A DNA stretch of 63,037 nucleotides, counting the filler, from Asterionella formosa (lineage: Eukaryota): NCBI GenBank assembly GCA_002256025.1. It is 8 parts of 8 records of this genome, joined end to end, with 100 filler letters (N's around TTAATTAATTAA, not from the genome) between each part and the next. Parts side by side here need not be neighbours in the genome. Positions count along the whole stretch, not along the records: positions 35,293 to 43,993 come from NKIB01011783.1; positions 44,094 to 52,792 come from NKIB01011794.1; 6 more parts are not named here. The stretch is one strand, 5' to 3'. Below the pieces are notes generated by a model. The model made no database searches, was not told where the DNA came from, and was given only the letters and a program-made list of their open reading frames with translations. Position 1 is the first letter of the stretch. Each line of letters begins with the position of its first letter. Below, one piece after another: positions 37,153 through 49,370 of this stretch. The position numbers were made by a program, and so were the translations under genes.

Positions 37153-38327
37153 ACTTGTGTTTTGCCTTCATTGTCGGAAATGTATTCAGCAACCTTTGTC
37201 GTAACCACACCATCTCGCATACCGGAAGCCTTGACCTTCGTCTTTCTTGATTCACATCCATTGCAATAAAACTTGAAAGCGAACACTACCAAAGCCTTGA
37301 CACAATAACTCTTTTTCAGAACCAACACAAAAAAGGCCAAAACGAAGATCCATTTCTCAATATTCCCAACCAATTCTCCAAACATTTCCCCCAACACAGC
37401 CCCTGACACGAAACTCAACACTTCCGCCAAATCCAACCCCAAGATCGACCCATACGCCAAAAACTGCGACAACAACGAAGCCCCCGACAAGACAAACACA
37501 AAGACAAACACATACCCGAGCAATTGCACCAATAACGTGGTCCCCGACACATATGCCAACAATTGCGACAAGAACGAAGCCCCCGACAAGACGAACACAA
37601 ACATATACCCCAACACTTGCACCAACAACGTGGTCCCCGACACATATGCCAACAAGTGCGACAAGAACGAAGCCCCTGACAAAATGAACACAAACACATA
37701 CCCAAGCAATTGCACCAACAACGTGGTCCCCGACACATCCCCCAACACTTCTGCCAACCCGTCCTGTGACGCATCCAGTATTTCCGTCAATGTTGGTATT
37801 TGAATGAACAAGATCAACTTGTCATACTGATAGTAGTTAATTGGTAACCACCAATCCAAGTTAGTCCATGTACTGTTAAGAAAAGCAACACATTTGATGA
37901 AATCGTGGTGGACTCGGCGAAGGAACATGAGCCACTTGTCATTGTCATAGTATGCATACCGGTAGGCATAGTACCGCCAGTAGTCAAATGCATGCTCCTC
38001 CCAGACAAGGAGTTCACTTGGTTGGTTGGTGGTGGTTGTTGCTGCTGCTTTCTTGATAATGCTCCTGGTAGCAGGTGGAGCACTAATAAGCAGCAACTCT
38101 GTTCCACTTGTCTTCCAGCTGAAATTCTCGGAAAGTATAATGGATTCAATGGGCGTTGCACTTCTGCACTCATGCACCCATTGCATGCCAAGCCTCTCTG
38201 CAAAGTCTTGTTGAAAAGCCACATTTTGTTCCCCGAACTTGGAGTTCGAGTAGGCATACCGTGGCGAAGACAACATTGACTTTCCTAGAAAGGTCAAGGC
38301 GAAAAGTAAAAGTAAAAGTAGATTCAT
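37143..38327 (-). CDS. Unknown signal-peptide membrane protein with 31-aa hydrophobic repeats
   Basis: ATG at 38327 gives MNLLLLLLFALTFLG. Three copies of VSGTTLLVQ(L/V)LGY(V/M)FVF.LSGAS.LS..LAY, plus a further TM segment. Confidence 0.6.
   Translation of the reverse strand: MNLLLLLLFALTFLGKSMLSSPRYAYSNSKFGEQNVAFQQDFAERLGMQWVHECRSATPIESIILSENFSWKTSGTELLLISAPPATRSIIKKAAATTTTNQPSELLVWEEHAFDYWRYYAYRYAYYDNDKWLMFLRRVHHDFIKCVAFLNSTWTNLDWWLPINYYQYDKLILFIQIPTLTEILDASQDGLAEVLGDVSGTTLLVQLLGYVFVFILSGASFLSHLLAYVSGTTLLVQVLGYMFVFVLSGASFLSQLLAYVSGTTLLVQLLGYVFVFVFVLSGASLLSQFLAYGSILGLDLAEVLSFVSGAVLGEMFGELVGNIEKWIFVLAFFVLVLKKSYCVKALVVFAFKFYCNGCESRKTKVKASGMRDGVVTTKVAEYISDNEGKTQVCM
37460..37760. repeat. 93-bp (one 99-bp) coding tandem repeat, 3 units
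   Basis: TGCACCAAYAACGTGGTCCCCGACACAT recurs three times at 93-bp spacing. Confidence 0.9.
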
Positions 38328-41300
38328 TTTATTCGTTTCTGTTGAGCACGGAAACGGAAACGGAAATGCAAAGACATGGAACGACGACAATGGAAGAAGT
38401 GGCTGGTGTGAGCAAGAGCAAGCGAATTGGAATTGGAACTGCAGTTTCTCGTCTCCTTCCCATGATGAGGGAAGCAGAGCGAGTCAAAAGCAGGAAGGAA
38501 CGAACGAGACGAGACGAGCCGAGCCGAGATGAGACGAGCAATTCAATTGACAAAAACTTACATTATTTGTTTTTTGTTTGGCATAAAACACTGTTCGTCG
38601 TATTCTATGAGCAAAACCGTGGCAAAGCAAAAATTGAATAGAGTCAAGGCAAGCAAGAGGCAACATCAAATCGAAACGGCCACGGTTCAAGTTGATATAT
38701 ATGGACAATGGACAATAAATAGCTCGAAATACTTCAGTCTAATAGGCTCACCTATTTTATCTCTGCTATATCTATACTGTACTAACCGGTATGGGTCTCT
38801 TCTCCAGATTGGTTATGACTGATGATATTTTTGGACTGCTTGTAGATATATATTCGGTATATACATACATCTTTACCGTTTACATATTTGCAATGCACAG
38901 TACATGGTATATATTTATTCGCACATAGACCATGATATTCTATACCAGGTACCTGATACCAGGCACCTGGTATCAGCCTACCCGCGGTACCTGGTACCAG
39001 GTACCTGAATTTGTGTACAGCGATATACACACCGGTATCTGGTACCTGGTACCTACTTCCTTTGCGTCGTCATTCTTGCTCTATGACATGTGTATTTTAG
39101 TGCCGATGCAAGAAAAACAGTGCCGTCATGGTGGGCGATCTGTTCAAATGCATCTTGACAAATCATCGTGATCAGTAGTCTAATAATACCGGTAATAATA
39201 ATGAGAATATTATTTCCGGTACACTTTTGCACTTTCGTTCATAAAATAAATAAAAAACCTAAAAAATATAAAGTACGAACAAACCATCCACATGCGCCAA
39301 TAAAATGAATCCACCACGAAATCTTGATGCTTTTTTAATTATCGCATCTAACGCTTGTCTTATTGCGTGCTTGTTCGTACAATCCCTCATGATGAGCGAG
39401 CGATTTCCACCACAACTACGAAAAAAAGGCTGGCTCCCTGTCCAACCTCGACGGTCTCCTGCTAGGAATACTTCGTTGTTACGGGTGCCTCTTGCTTTTT
39501 TCATCGACTTAGTGGGAACCGGCGAGGTTCGGGAGGGACCTTTGACTTTTGGAGGACGAATACGGCGGCGAGTGGCGAGTGGGCTGCTGAGCCGGTATTC
39601 TGCAGTGTGAGCATGACGAAAAATGACAGCAAGTGATGCACGGCGCAATGGGTGACCGGTGGTAACTGAGATTCAAGTCAACGCAAACGCGAACGCGACG
39701 GAACAGAACGGAACGGGTTGCTGATGTGAGTGCCGCGCTTGTGCTATTGAGCTTTGGTTGTGTCCACTATGGAGAGTGGCTGGTTGTATTGCTTCTTCCG
39801 ATCAATGGAAAGGAAGCAAGCAAGCAACAGAGCAGAGCGGAGTGGCAAAGTCAAAGTCTCTTTTGTGATTGCTTATTGAATCCGTTATTTGTTCTAGCCT
39901 GACTCTCTCATGCCCTATCTTGACAATCAACTCTAGCGGACCAGTTTTACCGAACAAGAATCGAAGAATGCCTCCTCCCAAGTCTCAATCTTCCCTTCGC
40001 TAGGTGTAGGTGCTGCACCTGCCTTCTGTACAAGACACAAAGAAGAATACCACCATACAACCATACCACCGGCACTGCACTGTACCACAACCTACAGATG
40101 GATCGTTGTCCAGAGGCGTGCGCATCGGACCAGTATGGAATTTATAACAAAGCACTTGTACCAAGGAATGGGGTCTTGATGATAGTAGGAATGTCCTCCT
40201 TCTTGATTTTCCCTTCCCCACTGGTGGTGTTGACGTTCCTGCTAAAGTAGCAAGCTTCGGAATCAGCTGCTTCCAAGCTCTGGAAACAACTCAATAAACA
40301 AGTTAAATTGGCTAGTTATATTATTGTTGGACCAGTGCGATGCGATCCATAAGCTTTCCCTTTAAAAGAATGCTCTGTCTTGCGAATTTGGCCACTGCAC
40401 GCTACGCACTAACATTCTTATTAAGGTCCTGATGGTCACACATGGCATTGGGAAGCAAATTCTATGCATAAACTAGGTACTAGCTATCTTTGGCTGGAAA
40501 TCGACTCACAGGGATTTCAGATGCATTGGCGGTTTAATTTGCTTCCAGTCCGAAAGCAGCCATGCATCTTGATTTCAGGATTTCAGTAATTGTGATTTGG
40601 TGTCACTCCCTGAGAAGTGATGTCATTGTTGCTCCAGTTGAAGCGACTTGTTTATTTTGTCACAAAATCGAATCACACACTTTCCAGATGAGGTAGCTAT
40701 ATTGTGCTTGTTACATGCTGCTAAACTGCGATTAATGTTGGTATGGCTTTGGCATGGAAAACCAGCATGCTCATGTAGCGATAAATCGAAGCGAGCCTGT
40801 CAAAGCCCATAATGTAGATTGCAGATTGCAGATAGCTATTTTTCCTCATGGCACTGGCTGCATTTCCTTACCAATATTGCAGAGCTTTCGGTTTTTTGAC
40901 AAGCAATGCATTCCTTTATAGAATACAGTTGGAAATGATGATTTTGCAGGGTGTAGGCAAGCAAAGCATGTCAAGAGTTGGAAGTTCAGACTGTTTGCAA
41001 GTTGGAAGTTCAGACTGCTGTTTACTACACAAGCCTAAGCCGCCTAAGCCTAACCATAAGCTTAACCCTAACAGAAGCAAACATTGGAGGCAAGTGCATT
41101 TTTCTAGAAAGTATTTGTGACAACGACGATTTGCTGGCGGGCCAGAGAAGCACAAGGCAATGGCGGATTTTAATTGGGAAGCACAGAGAAGTAGCAGTAC
41201 ATGTCCGTCTGCCTATCAGCCAGCCAGTATCCTATCCAACAACAAGGATGGGCCGCATGTTTCGATTATCAATTCAAAAACTTATTTATTGTCATCAACA

Positions 41301-41613
41301 TTACAGAATACTCTGCATGTGCGTACCTTCCCCTAAGGGTCGTTCTTATCATTTTCGATTTGGTATCATTTTTTTTGAAAAAGTATCATGTAACGGCTAC
41401 TCGATTTAAACCGAAAAAATCCATTCTCCACAAAAATAGAAATGAAATTGTATCACCAAAAAGTATCACGAAAATTCAACGGTTACGGGCTGGCTACAAT
41501 CATGTGCATATCCCTCCAGGCTTCCCTCCAGACTATTTCGATAATTTTCCATTACTAAAACCATGTAGGAAAACTATGCGTATTATGTAGCAGTATGGAA
41601 TATATACCGTATA

Positions 41614-42248
41614 CATCATTGTCCTGGACCCCCCCTATGGTTGCTGGACCCCCCTGTACATTTTTCTCGAGGTGGAACCAAACACCCAATAATTTTCTTG
41701 TCATAGACAAAGTAACGTGCTATAATTCTTTTTGTCCTCGTAGGCACTAGTACATAATTATTTAGCTACCATTTTGCGATTCTTTTGTACATACAAAACA
41801 CAAGAGACGACAGGTAGTGGCTGTGAGCAGCTGGAGAATCCTTCATGATGTTGTCGCAACCTTGACCATGACGAAAATACGAATTACCTCCACGAAAATA
41901 GAGAACGACGCTTTGCTACTTGCTGCCTGTATTAAGAACGACATGGAAAATACAATCGTAAAAGAAGTAAAGTAATAACACTAATAATGACAACGAAAAT
42001 TGAGATCGCCGATAACAACATGAAGTCGCGTTTTTCTTGCGAGGTGAAGAACTCTCTCATTTTTCACAAGACGGAAATAATTGTCATATTAATACATCTT
42101 AGAAAAATGTGCGCTATCCTGTAGAACTAAAGAAATTTCCTTAGGTCTATTATAAGGGAAATCTCTTCATTGTCCTGGGCCCCCCTTAAGTAAAATCAGT
42201 CAAATTCAGTCACGGCAGTGTACATTGGGGGGGTCCAGGACAATGAAG
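41614..42248. mobile_element. 635-bp non-autonomous TA-flanked TIR transposon (Tc1/mariner-type)
   Basis: TA|CATCATTGTCCTGGACCCCCCC...GGGGGGGTCCAGGACAATGAAG|TA. Extra internal TIR-like copies at ~41642 and ~42165. No ORF. Confidence 0.82.
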
Positions 42249-43317
42249 TATATGATAGCTGACATACCTGCTTAATTCTTGATTTGCCATGAGTCAACAC
42301 AGACATGCAAGATCGTCTATACACTTCTTCTTACACTTCTGCTTGCCATCATCCCCTTTCAGGTTTACAAGCAATCAGCACCATGTCATCATTGTCAGTG
42401 CACAATGACGAACAAGTGGATCAACATTGGACTGAAGAAGGTGCTGTGAATATCAACGATGGCAATGATGATGATGGCAATGAAGTCATCAGTAATCAAT
42501 TTTTTGATAATGAAAACAACCATCAATTCTTTGATTACGATGACCATGATCAATTCTTTATCCTTTGTCATCTGGCTCTGGAGGCTGAAACGTACTGTAC
42601 AGGAGGTAAACCGTAATGACAGGCCAATACAGTTAGTTAGAGAATTGCTCTTGCAAACAAGTGCTCCAAGTTGAGATATCATCACAGATTGCCAATTCAA
42701 TAAAGAATACGCCAACTGTCATGCAACAACTTACAACAAATGCTAGACGAGCCTGATATATTATAGCTCCGGCTGGTACAGTACCACGCCGGTACCATAT
42801 ATTCGTTCGTAGGCCAACTTGAGCGTACCCAGGCTACCACCAAACAGAGAATACCACGCTGGGCTTCACGCCGAACAAGTAGCGGCTCTCTGTACAACTG
42901 GTAGCCTCATTACACGGGAAACCAGATCTGGTCATATGCCAGTAAACAATCACTTTCATCAATCGCATTTCTTATGTGCTTGATGGGGTTTTTTACCGGT
43001 GTGTCTAATGAAAATTCATTATATTACATTTCTATAATACATTTAATAACATTAGTAACACTGCAAACACCACGGCAAACACTGCGAAACTACGTAGAGT
43101 AGAGTACTTGACAATTTACTTGCACTTGCGCCAAACCTTGCCTTCACCGTGCGAATTCCTTTTTCATACTGGTACGCATAGCGCAACAGTAAACCAACAT
43201 CCTACTTCGATATGCACGAGCCACAACAGCAAGGCACACCTTGGCAGCATATTTCGGGACAACAGCCTACACTGATACAGATTTTACCTCCCAATCACCT
43301 CTCAGACCCATGAGAGA

Positions 43318-43993
43318 ATGTCATGGCATTCTCATGTCAAGAAGCTGTGTCATGAGGACGCATTTGAAAAGACTTATAGAATGTCCCTTCGAGCCTTTAA
43401 GAAGTTGGTTTACTTGCTGGAGAGTGATGTCATTGGGAATTTCTCCAAGTGCGGTACAGCTACTCCCATTTACCCAGAAATTTTGCTGGCCATTGGCATT
43501 CGATGGTTGGCTGGAGGCAGCTACATTGACATTTGTCATGCCTATGGATGTAGCATAGCTTCAATCTATAGATGCCGAGATTTATTTCTTGAAGCCGTGC
43601 TTAACTGTGATTATCTGAAAATTATATTTCCTAAAACAAGGAGTGATTTGGTGAAATTGGCTATAGCCTTTGAACAAAAGGGTACAGAAGGGTTGATCAG
43701 AGGGTGTGTTGGTGCTATTGATGGTTTTTTAGCCACAATTAGTCGCCCCACGCTACGTGACTGTGGAAACAATCCAGGAGCTTTTTATTCTGGACATTAC
43801 ATGACTTATGGTATCAATGTTCAGGCTATCTGTGATGTTGAGAGTAGATTTATATTTTTTGGGGTGATTGCTCCTGGACGATGCAGTGATCAAGTTGCAT
43901 TTGAGAGAACTGCTCTACCCAACAAAACTGCATTATTTGATTCTGGTTTTTATCTTGTTGGTGATGCAGCATATACATTGTCAGATGTCATGT
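43318..43993 (+). mobile_element. PIF/Harbinger transposase (DDE_Tnp_4), uninterrupted up to the contig end
   Basis: FEKTYRMSLRAF, LAIGIRWLAGGSYIDI, GCVGAIDG, YGINVQAICD and YLVGDAAY. Confidence 0.9.
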
Positions 43994-44093
43994 NNNNNNN
44001 NNNNNNNNNNNNNNNNNNNNNNNNNNNNNNNNNNNNNTTAATTAATTAANNNNNNNNNNNNNNNNNNNNNNNNNNNNNNNNNNNNNNNNNNNN
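43994..44093. other. Artificial contig-join spacer
   Basis: 100 bases: Ns around TTAATTAATTAA. Confidence 0.97.
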
Positions 44094-44103
44094 TCGATTA
44101 AAA

Positions 44104-46167
44104 TCAAAATTTCTCCCCTTCTAGCTTTAAATCGGTAACGAACCTATTCATTCTTCTACCCACACCTGCTAATAATCCATCGAATCTCTTGAATTCAAGG
44201 CTTTCTTTGTTTCGCAACTCTCGCCCGAGCTTGCGCTTATCCAGGCTCGCCTCAAGGAGTTGGTTTCTGGAGTACCCGAGTTTCATTAGTCGCTCTTCTC
44301 GCTCGAATCGTGACAACTTCAATTGCTGCTCCCCCCTCCGCCTCTCATGTTTATTTTCGAGGATTTCAATGTCATAGACTCGTTCTCTCTTGTACTTCCA
44401 ACCTAAGCTCAGACTCGGGCCATCTTCACATGACGGATTATCACCTAAAACTGATTCGTAGTCACGAACGTGGAGAGTGCTAAATGCAACTTTCCGGAAA
44501 GCTTTTGGTGGCTTTGATGGCTCCGCCCGGTTGGTCCTGTAACACAATCCTGTGGTATCGCAGTTTTTTTCGCCATCAATTTCAACTCTGTATTCCTCAA
44601 GTACTCCGGGATATTGAATACAAGCTGAAGTTCTGTCGGAGGAACTGTCCTGAAACACGCTACTGAAACCTGAGATATCTGACGAGTCAGATTGTTCATC
44701 ACCTTCAACTGTGGAGGGATCAATTGGAACAAGTAATTCATTTATTGGGGATGCTCCCGTTAGCCATTGTTGATGAAGCAATAGAAGACACTTTTGCACA
44801 GATTCGGGAAGAATGGAAAAAATCTCCTGTGCAGAACTACCGCTAACCTGCTGATCTGCCTTGATCGAGAGACTTTCAGGTTTGGGATGGTCAGTTGGCT
44901 TTTCAGGAGCAACAATATGAAGAACCCCTAGTTCTGTTACGGAAGTAGGAGACTTCTGTCGACATGAATGAATATTTGATGGAGTGGCCTCTGAACAACA
45001 TAGAGACACTGGGCTACTTTCGTCTTGTATCATTTTTTTGTTGTGTTGCACGTAGGTCGCTACCGAATGCTTCATTTCTGGGGTACCTTTCGATCGTTTG
45101 TTCTCCTCAATCAGGTCGAGAATAGAACTGACAACTGCTTTCTCTGCTGATTCTTTCTTCTTCAATCTAAGCTCATTTCTTCGCCGACTGCTCGTTTTGC
45201 TTTTCTTTCGGTCCTTATTGTCCTTGCGGAGTTTACGTGTGCTGTGCTTCCTAGTATCATTACTATCCAGGATCGACTGCATTGGTAGAGATTCCTCGCT
45301 TTTGATGGGATACCCGCGATTTTCGAGCGACTTGGCGGATCTGGCTTTCTTACCCGTACGCGTCAACTGCTTCGCATGAGGAGCTACTGATGAAAGTATC
45401 TCTGACAAAAGTCCTGTCATGTCGGATTTTGCAGACTGGTCGCAGCTGCCACTGTAAGCTTCCATCAATTCTCTGCTATTCGATATGGATTCAACTTTGC
45501 CAAATTCCCCACAAGAATATTCTTGATCTTCGTATAGCAATGGCATCAAGGCGTCAATGTCGTCGTCCTCAGCTTCGTCTTCGGGTATAATTGAGGCAGC
45601 CAATAGCTCTGACAGAAGTCCAGATAGGTCGGAGTCTCGTGTTAAAGCTGATCTCTGACAGTAAAGATGGTCGCCTTCGCTTCTAAATGATTCATCTCGC
45701 ATCAAATGCGCTGATAGAGAGTCACTTTTGGTTTTCTCCTTCTGGCTTCGAAATGACGAGGAGGCTCGTCGGGAAAAGCCTCCAAGCGAGTTTTGAGATC
45801 CACCTGCCAACAGTTCGGAGAGCAAATCTGACAACTCAGAGGCAGCAGAGGATTTGCTATTGAGGGATCTCTCATCTGTGTCTCTGGCATTAGCAATGTA
45901 TTCTGTTAGTTTGTAAATTACCTCTTCCGACGAAGCCGTTGAGTCTTTCCGAAGCGGAAATGTATTAATACATCCAACGCCACGATGCGAATTAACTCGT
46001 TCCGAATCGATCAACCGCGACCTGATATCATTAAACGATGCATTTGAAGAATTGAAGAGATCAAATCCCAATGTCTTCTGTTCATTGAAATGATCATCTC
46101 CTAGCACATCGAAACTACCAATGTCTGGACGAGTTTTTGGACTTGAGCTGACATGAGAGTTGGCCAT
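44104..46167 (-). CDS. Unknown Ser-rich, largely disordered protein with a C-terminal 'KVxF...GDNPS..GP.L.LGW' domain
   Basis: Long open frame, first ATG at 46167. C-terminal RKVAFSTLHVRDYESVLGDNPSCEDGPSLSLGWKY...EREERLMKLGYS. Basic NLS-like patch. Confidence 0.75.
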   Translation of the reverse strand: MANSHVSSSPKTRPDIGSFDVLGDDHFNEQKTLGFDLFNSSNASFNDIRSRLIDSERVNSHRGVGCINTFPLRKDSTASSEEVIYKLTEYIANARDTDERSLNSKSSAASELSDLLSELLAGGSQNSLGGFSRRASSSFRSQKEKTKSDSLSAHLMRDESFRSEGDHLYCQRSALTRDSDLSGLLSELLAASIIPEDEAEDDDIDALMPLLYEDQEYSCGEFGKVESISNSRELMEAYSGSCDQSAKSDMTGLLSEILSSVAPHAKQLTRTGKKARSAKSLENRGYPIKSEESLPMQSILDSNDTRKHSTRKLRKDNKDRKKSKTSSRRRNELRLKKKESAEKAVVSSILDLIEENKRSKGTPEMKHSVATYVQHNKKMIQDESSPVSLCCSEATPSNIHSCRQKSPTSVTELGVLHIVAPEKPTDHPKPESLSIKADQQVSGSSAQEIFSILPESVQKCLLLLHQQWLTGASPINELLVPIDPSTVEGDEQSDSSDISGFSSVFQDSSSDRTSACIQYPGVLEEYRVEIDGEKNCDTTGLCYRTNRAEPSKPPKAFRKVAFSTLHVRDYESVLGDNPSCEDGPSLSLGWKYKRERVYDIEILENKHERRRGEQQLKLSRFEREERLMKLGYSRNQLLEASLDKRKLGRELRNKESLEFKRFDGLLAGVGRRMNRFVTDLKLEGEKF

Positions 46168-47049
46168 TTCTAACTCCTCTCGAACCACCAGATAAGCGAT
46201 CAATTCCTATTACCCTTTTGTTACCTCTTACGAAGGAGTAAGGAGCGATGCATATATTTGAAGTAACCGTTGAGCAATTTTGGCAGATTTCTCAAGGCAG
46301 AGTGCACTGATTGTGTTTTGTGGTTTTTGAGGCATTTTCTGGGCCAGAAAATAAATGAGGAACATGATATATATAGAACTTGCACCCAACGCGATTCTCA
46401 CGACAAAAGAGGACGACGAACAAAAGGGGACCGAGAACAAAAGGGCCCAAAGCAATACCGACATGCTGCACCTGATACATCTATTACCTGATTGTACCCT
46501 GGTACCTGTACCTAGTACCTGGTACGAGGTACGGACTATTCCGGAGTTCTAGGTACTCGCTTGTACCTACTCTGCAGTACCTGGTACCAGGATACTGGCA
46601 ATGCACTCCTGTTACCAGCACATACCAGCAATTCCGTTGATATCGCTGGTCTAACTGCACCACCGTACGTATCGACAGAGTTTCTTATTTCTTGATATGC
46701 ACATACGAAACGACACACGACGATGCGCAGATTGACATACATATGTAGCACTACACGGTATCTCAAGATTCAACGGCCACTGGGTGCATATGAATTCGCG
46801 ACTTCCGCGATCCGCAATTTTATGTATACATTTTGTACATGCATACCAGTATAAGACGACATATTTCTTCAATTTTTTTGTAATGTTTGGGTCAAAATTG
46901 CGTGACAACAACAGAATGAACTACAAAAATGACCTCACTTTCATCTAGTGGCCGTTTAGTCTAGGAATTCTGCTGCCTCATGATGTTTGCATAAAAATTA
47001 AAAATCATCTTTTTTACAGCCCATTCCTACTCCCCTTTTTCAAGGTAAG

Positions 47050-47325
47050 TATTCATTGTGCTGCCTGCCAACAAGAGCTGTGCTTCCCTAGTTTTATGCT
47101 ACGAAAGGTGATTCTCTTAGCCACAGTGATAGGGGAAACTCCGACTGCCTAGGAAGGCGGCATAAGTTGCTTGTAGGGGGGCAAACCCACTATTTATTGC
47201 ACACCAGGCAAGGGAGTGCAGGACGGTAAGGAGTGTCGGAGTCGAACCCAACAATTGCTTCTAAAAATTTGCTGGAATCGAACCGCACAAAAGGCAACAT
47301 GCTCAACCAACACTGGAAGCCATTC
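47050..47325 (-). mobile_element. Putative tRNA-derived SINE-like element
   Basis: On the minus strand: A-box-like TGGCTTCCAGTGTTGG, then two perfect B boxes, GGTTCGATTCC (47274-47284) and GGTTCGACTCC (47238-47248). No cloverleaf. The 3' boundary is uncertain. Confidence 0.4.
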
Positions 47326-48769
47326 CCTTGTTTGCATAAAAATTGATATTATTTACGTACGTATTATACAGTAGACCTAACCCCAAGTAGACCTCCTGGT
47401 GGGAGCTGATGGAAAGTCCAAAGTTCCAAAAAATGATTCAAGGAGAAAATTTGGAATATACCTACCAGCAATCAAACTCACATCACAGGTTTAAAATTTT
47501 TTTGATTTCCAGAATCATTTTTGCCGAAATAGGAAGGGGTAAGTGAACCCCCACATCAGCCAGCATGATCAATTATGAACTTTGCACTTGTTGAATGCAT
47601 TGTTTCTCAAGGACTCACCATTAAATTCCTTTGCATGCTGCTTCTATTCCAACCACTTCTATATCAGAACTGGTGCTTTTCTGCTTTCACACTTTATGAA
47701 ATGTATAGACTTTTCCAGTTGGATGGTGCTGCGATGTGGGCAGATAGATTCTAATGATCTGAATATCTTGCTGATTGGTTGCTAACAACCCCAATATTCA
47801 CAATAATTTGATTAAGTACTACTACAGCAATGCTAGTAGGTCCAGCTGCAGCAGCAATAACACAAATACTCAGTTGCAGACCTTCAAAGCACTGTGGAAG
47901 TTGTACTTATGATTTCGTGTCATTGCTTCTTTTATTTTTATTCGGTGATGAATGAAATACAATGAGAGTTTTGGATGGGACAACCACGTCTTTGAATTCC
48001 AACCCGAGCTGTACCAAATAAGAACGTAGGAGCACCAGTGAGGCAGAATCCGCAGGTCCTTTCTTGATTGATGAAGTATGCTAGATGATTATTTGTATAT
48101 CTACTGTAAAAAATTCAGAACTGATGCAACAGCTCAAGATGCCAAAATAATTTAAAATATTTGTAAGTACTAATTTTCAAATATGTGCTTCTTGCCCTAT
48201 AATTGTCAGGAATAAAGTAGCTAATAGGTACTTGTTTGTTATTGTGAATTGTAATTCAGGATTGTAAAATAAGATTAAATTGTAAATTATGAGCTTAATC
48301 TTAATCTACTAGTTTCAGTAGGTAAATCTGTGGTGGATTTTGACCATATTTTTCCGAATGGCCGGTTCCGTCAGCAGCGAATTTTTCTTGCTTTACCATA
48401 ATTTATTTTTTCAGCTCTTGCCATAGACGCTGTGATGACATAAATTCCATTATCCACTAAATCATCCTTGAACAGGGACCTTGATTTCATATGACCCACA
48501 ACTGCAAGTGGCTTGGACAAATACAAAATCTTCTAGTCCAGCTTGTTGAAATTGCTACATTCTGGATGACTCCTGGTGAGCGACATTCATGCCAACATGA
48601 TGTCCCTAGTAGCGCAATAAAACTCTCGTAGAACTCGGTCGCAATTGATAGCTTAACTTGCTTCAAGAATAGCTAGCACTAGCCAAAGGTAAAAACAAAT
48701 GCGAGCTTCAGATTATTTCTTCATAGACTAGTATGAAAATTGAAACTAGCTACGACAAGTAATATAAGT

Positions 48770-49370
48770 CAAGGAAGGCTGGGAAGGCAAAGCAAAGGGG
48801 TTAATGCAAGTCTTGTGGGGAAGAGGGTTTATTGATGACAAAACCTTACCTTACTGTGATACCACTTTTACTCGACGGCAAGATGCACAAGAAATCTTCA
48901 ACCTTGATTCACGTTTGAGGCACATCATTTCAATGTTTACTGAAATCTTGAAAGAGAACAAAGGAATGATGAGCACATTGCTTGGCTGGGACCAATCTTG
49001 GCGTTTGTTGCCTAGAGGTCATCATGTTTACACCGAAGTGTCCTCATGCGGAAATTGCTTGCAGAGCGGCAGGGAGTTGTATATCTGTGTGCTGCCTATG
49101 CCAAAGGGGCATACCGATCGAGCGAAACCTGTCACTGAAGTAGAAATGAAGGGGGCAAGGAGAAGCGTTAGCTAGATCATTTCTATCAGAGGAACAAATC
49201 TTTTCCATTCAAGCTCATCAGTTCATGTTGGCTTACCATGTCATGCCATTGACTCTGGCCAATTCAATCCAGCAGTGCTATCAATGCGTTCCAGTGGCAA
49301 GCGAAGACCTTGTGAAGAAGATGAAGACTCATGTGTATTGATGTGCCTTGGACTTCGATTACAGGCTTGT
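48770..49370 (+). pseudogene. IS630/Tc1/mariner-like transposase remnant
   Basis: GWEGKAKGLMQVLWGRGFID, frameshifted FTPKCPHAEIA, and C-terminal CALDFDY. Same motif set as 61800-63037. Confidence 0.65.

Noticed and set aside
37415..37803. Cys/Trp-rich and Asn/Thr-rich alternative ORFs
   Set aside because: Shadow frames of the 93-bp repeat. The signal-peptide frame is longer and more plausible.
41030..41072. Telomere-like CCTAA repeats
   Set aside because: Only one exact CCCTAA among degenerate units, and it is internal to the contig.
47041..47052. U1 snRNA 5' end (ATACTTACCT on the minus strand)
   Set aside because: No U1 stem-loops or Sm site follow.
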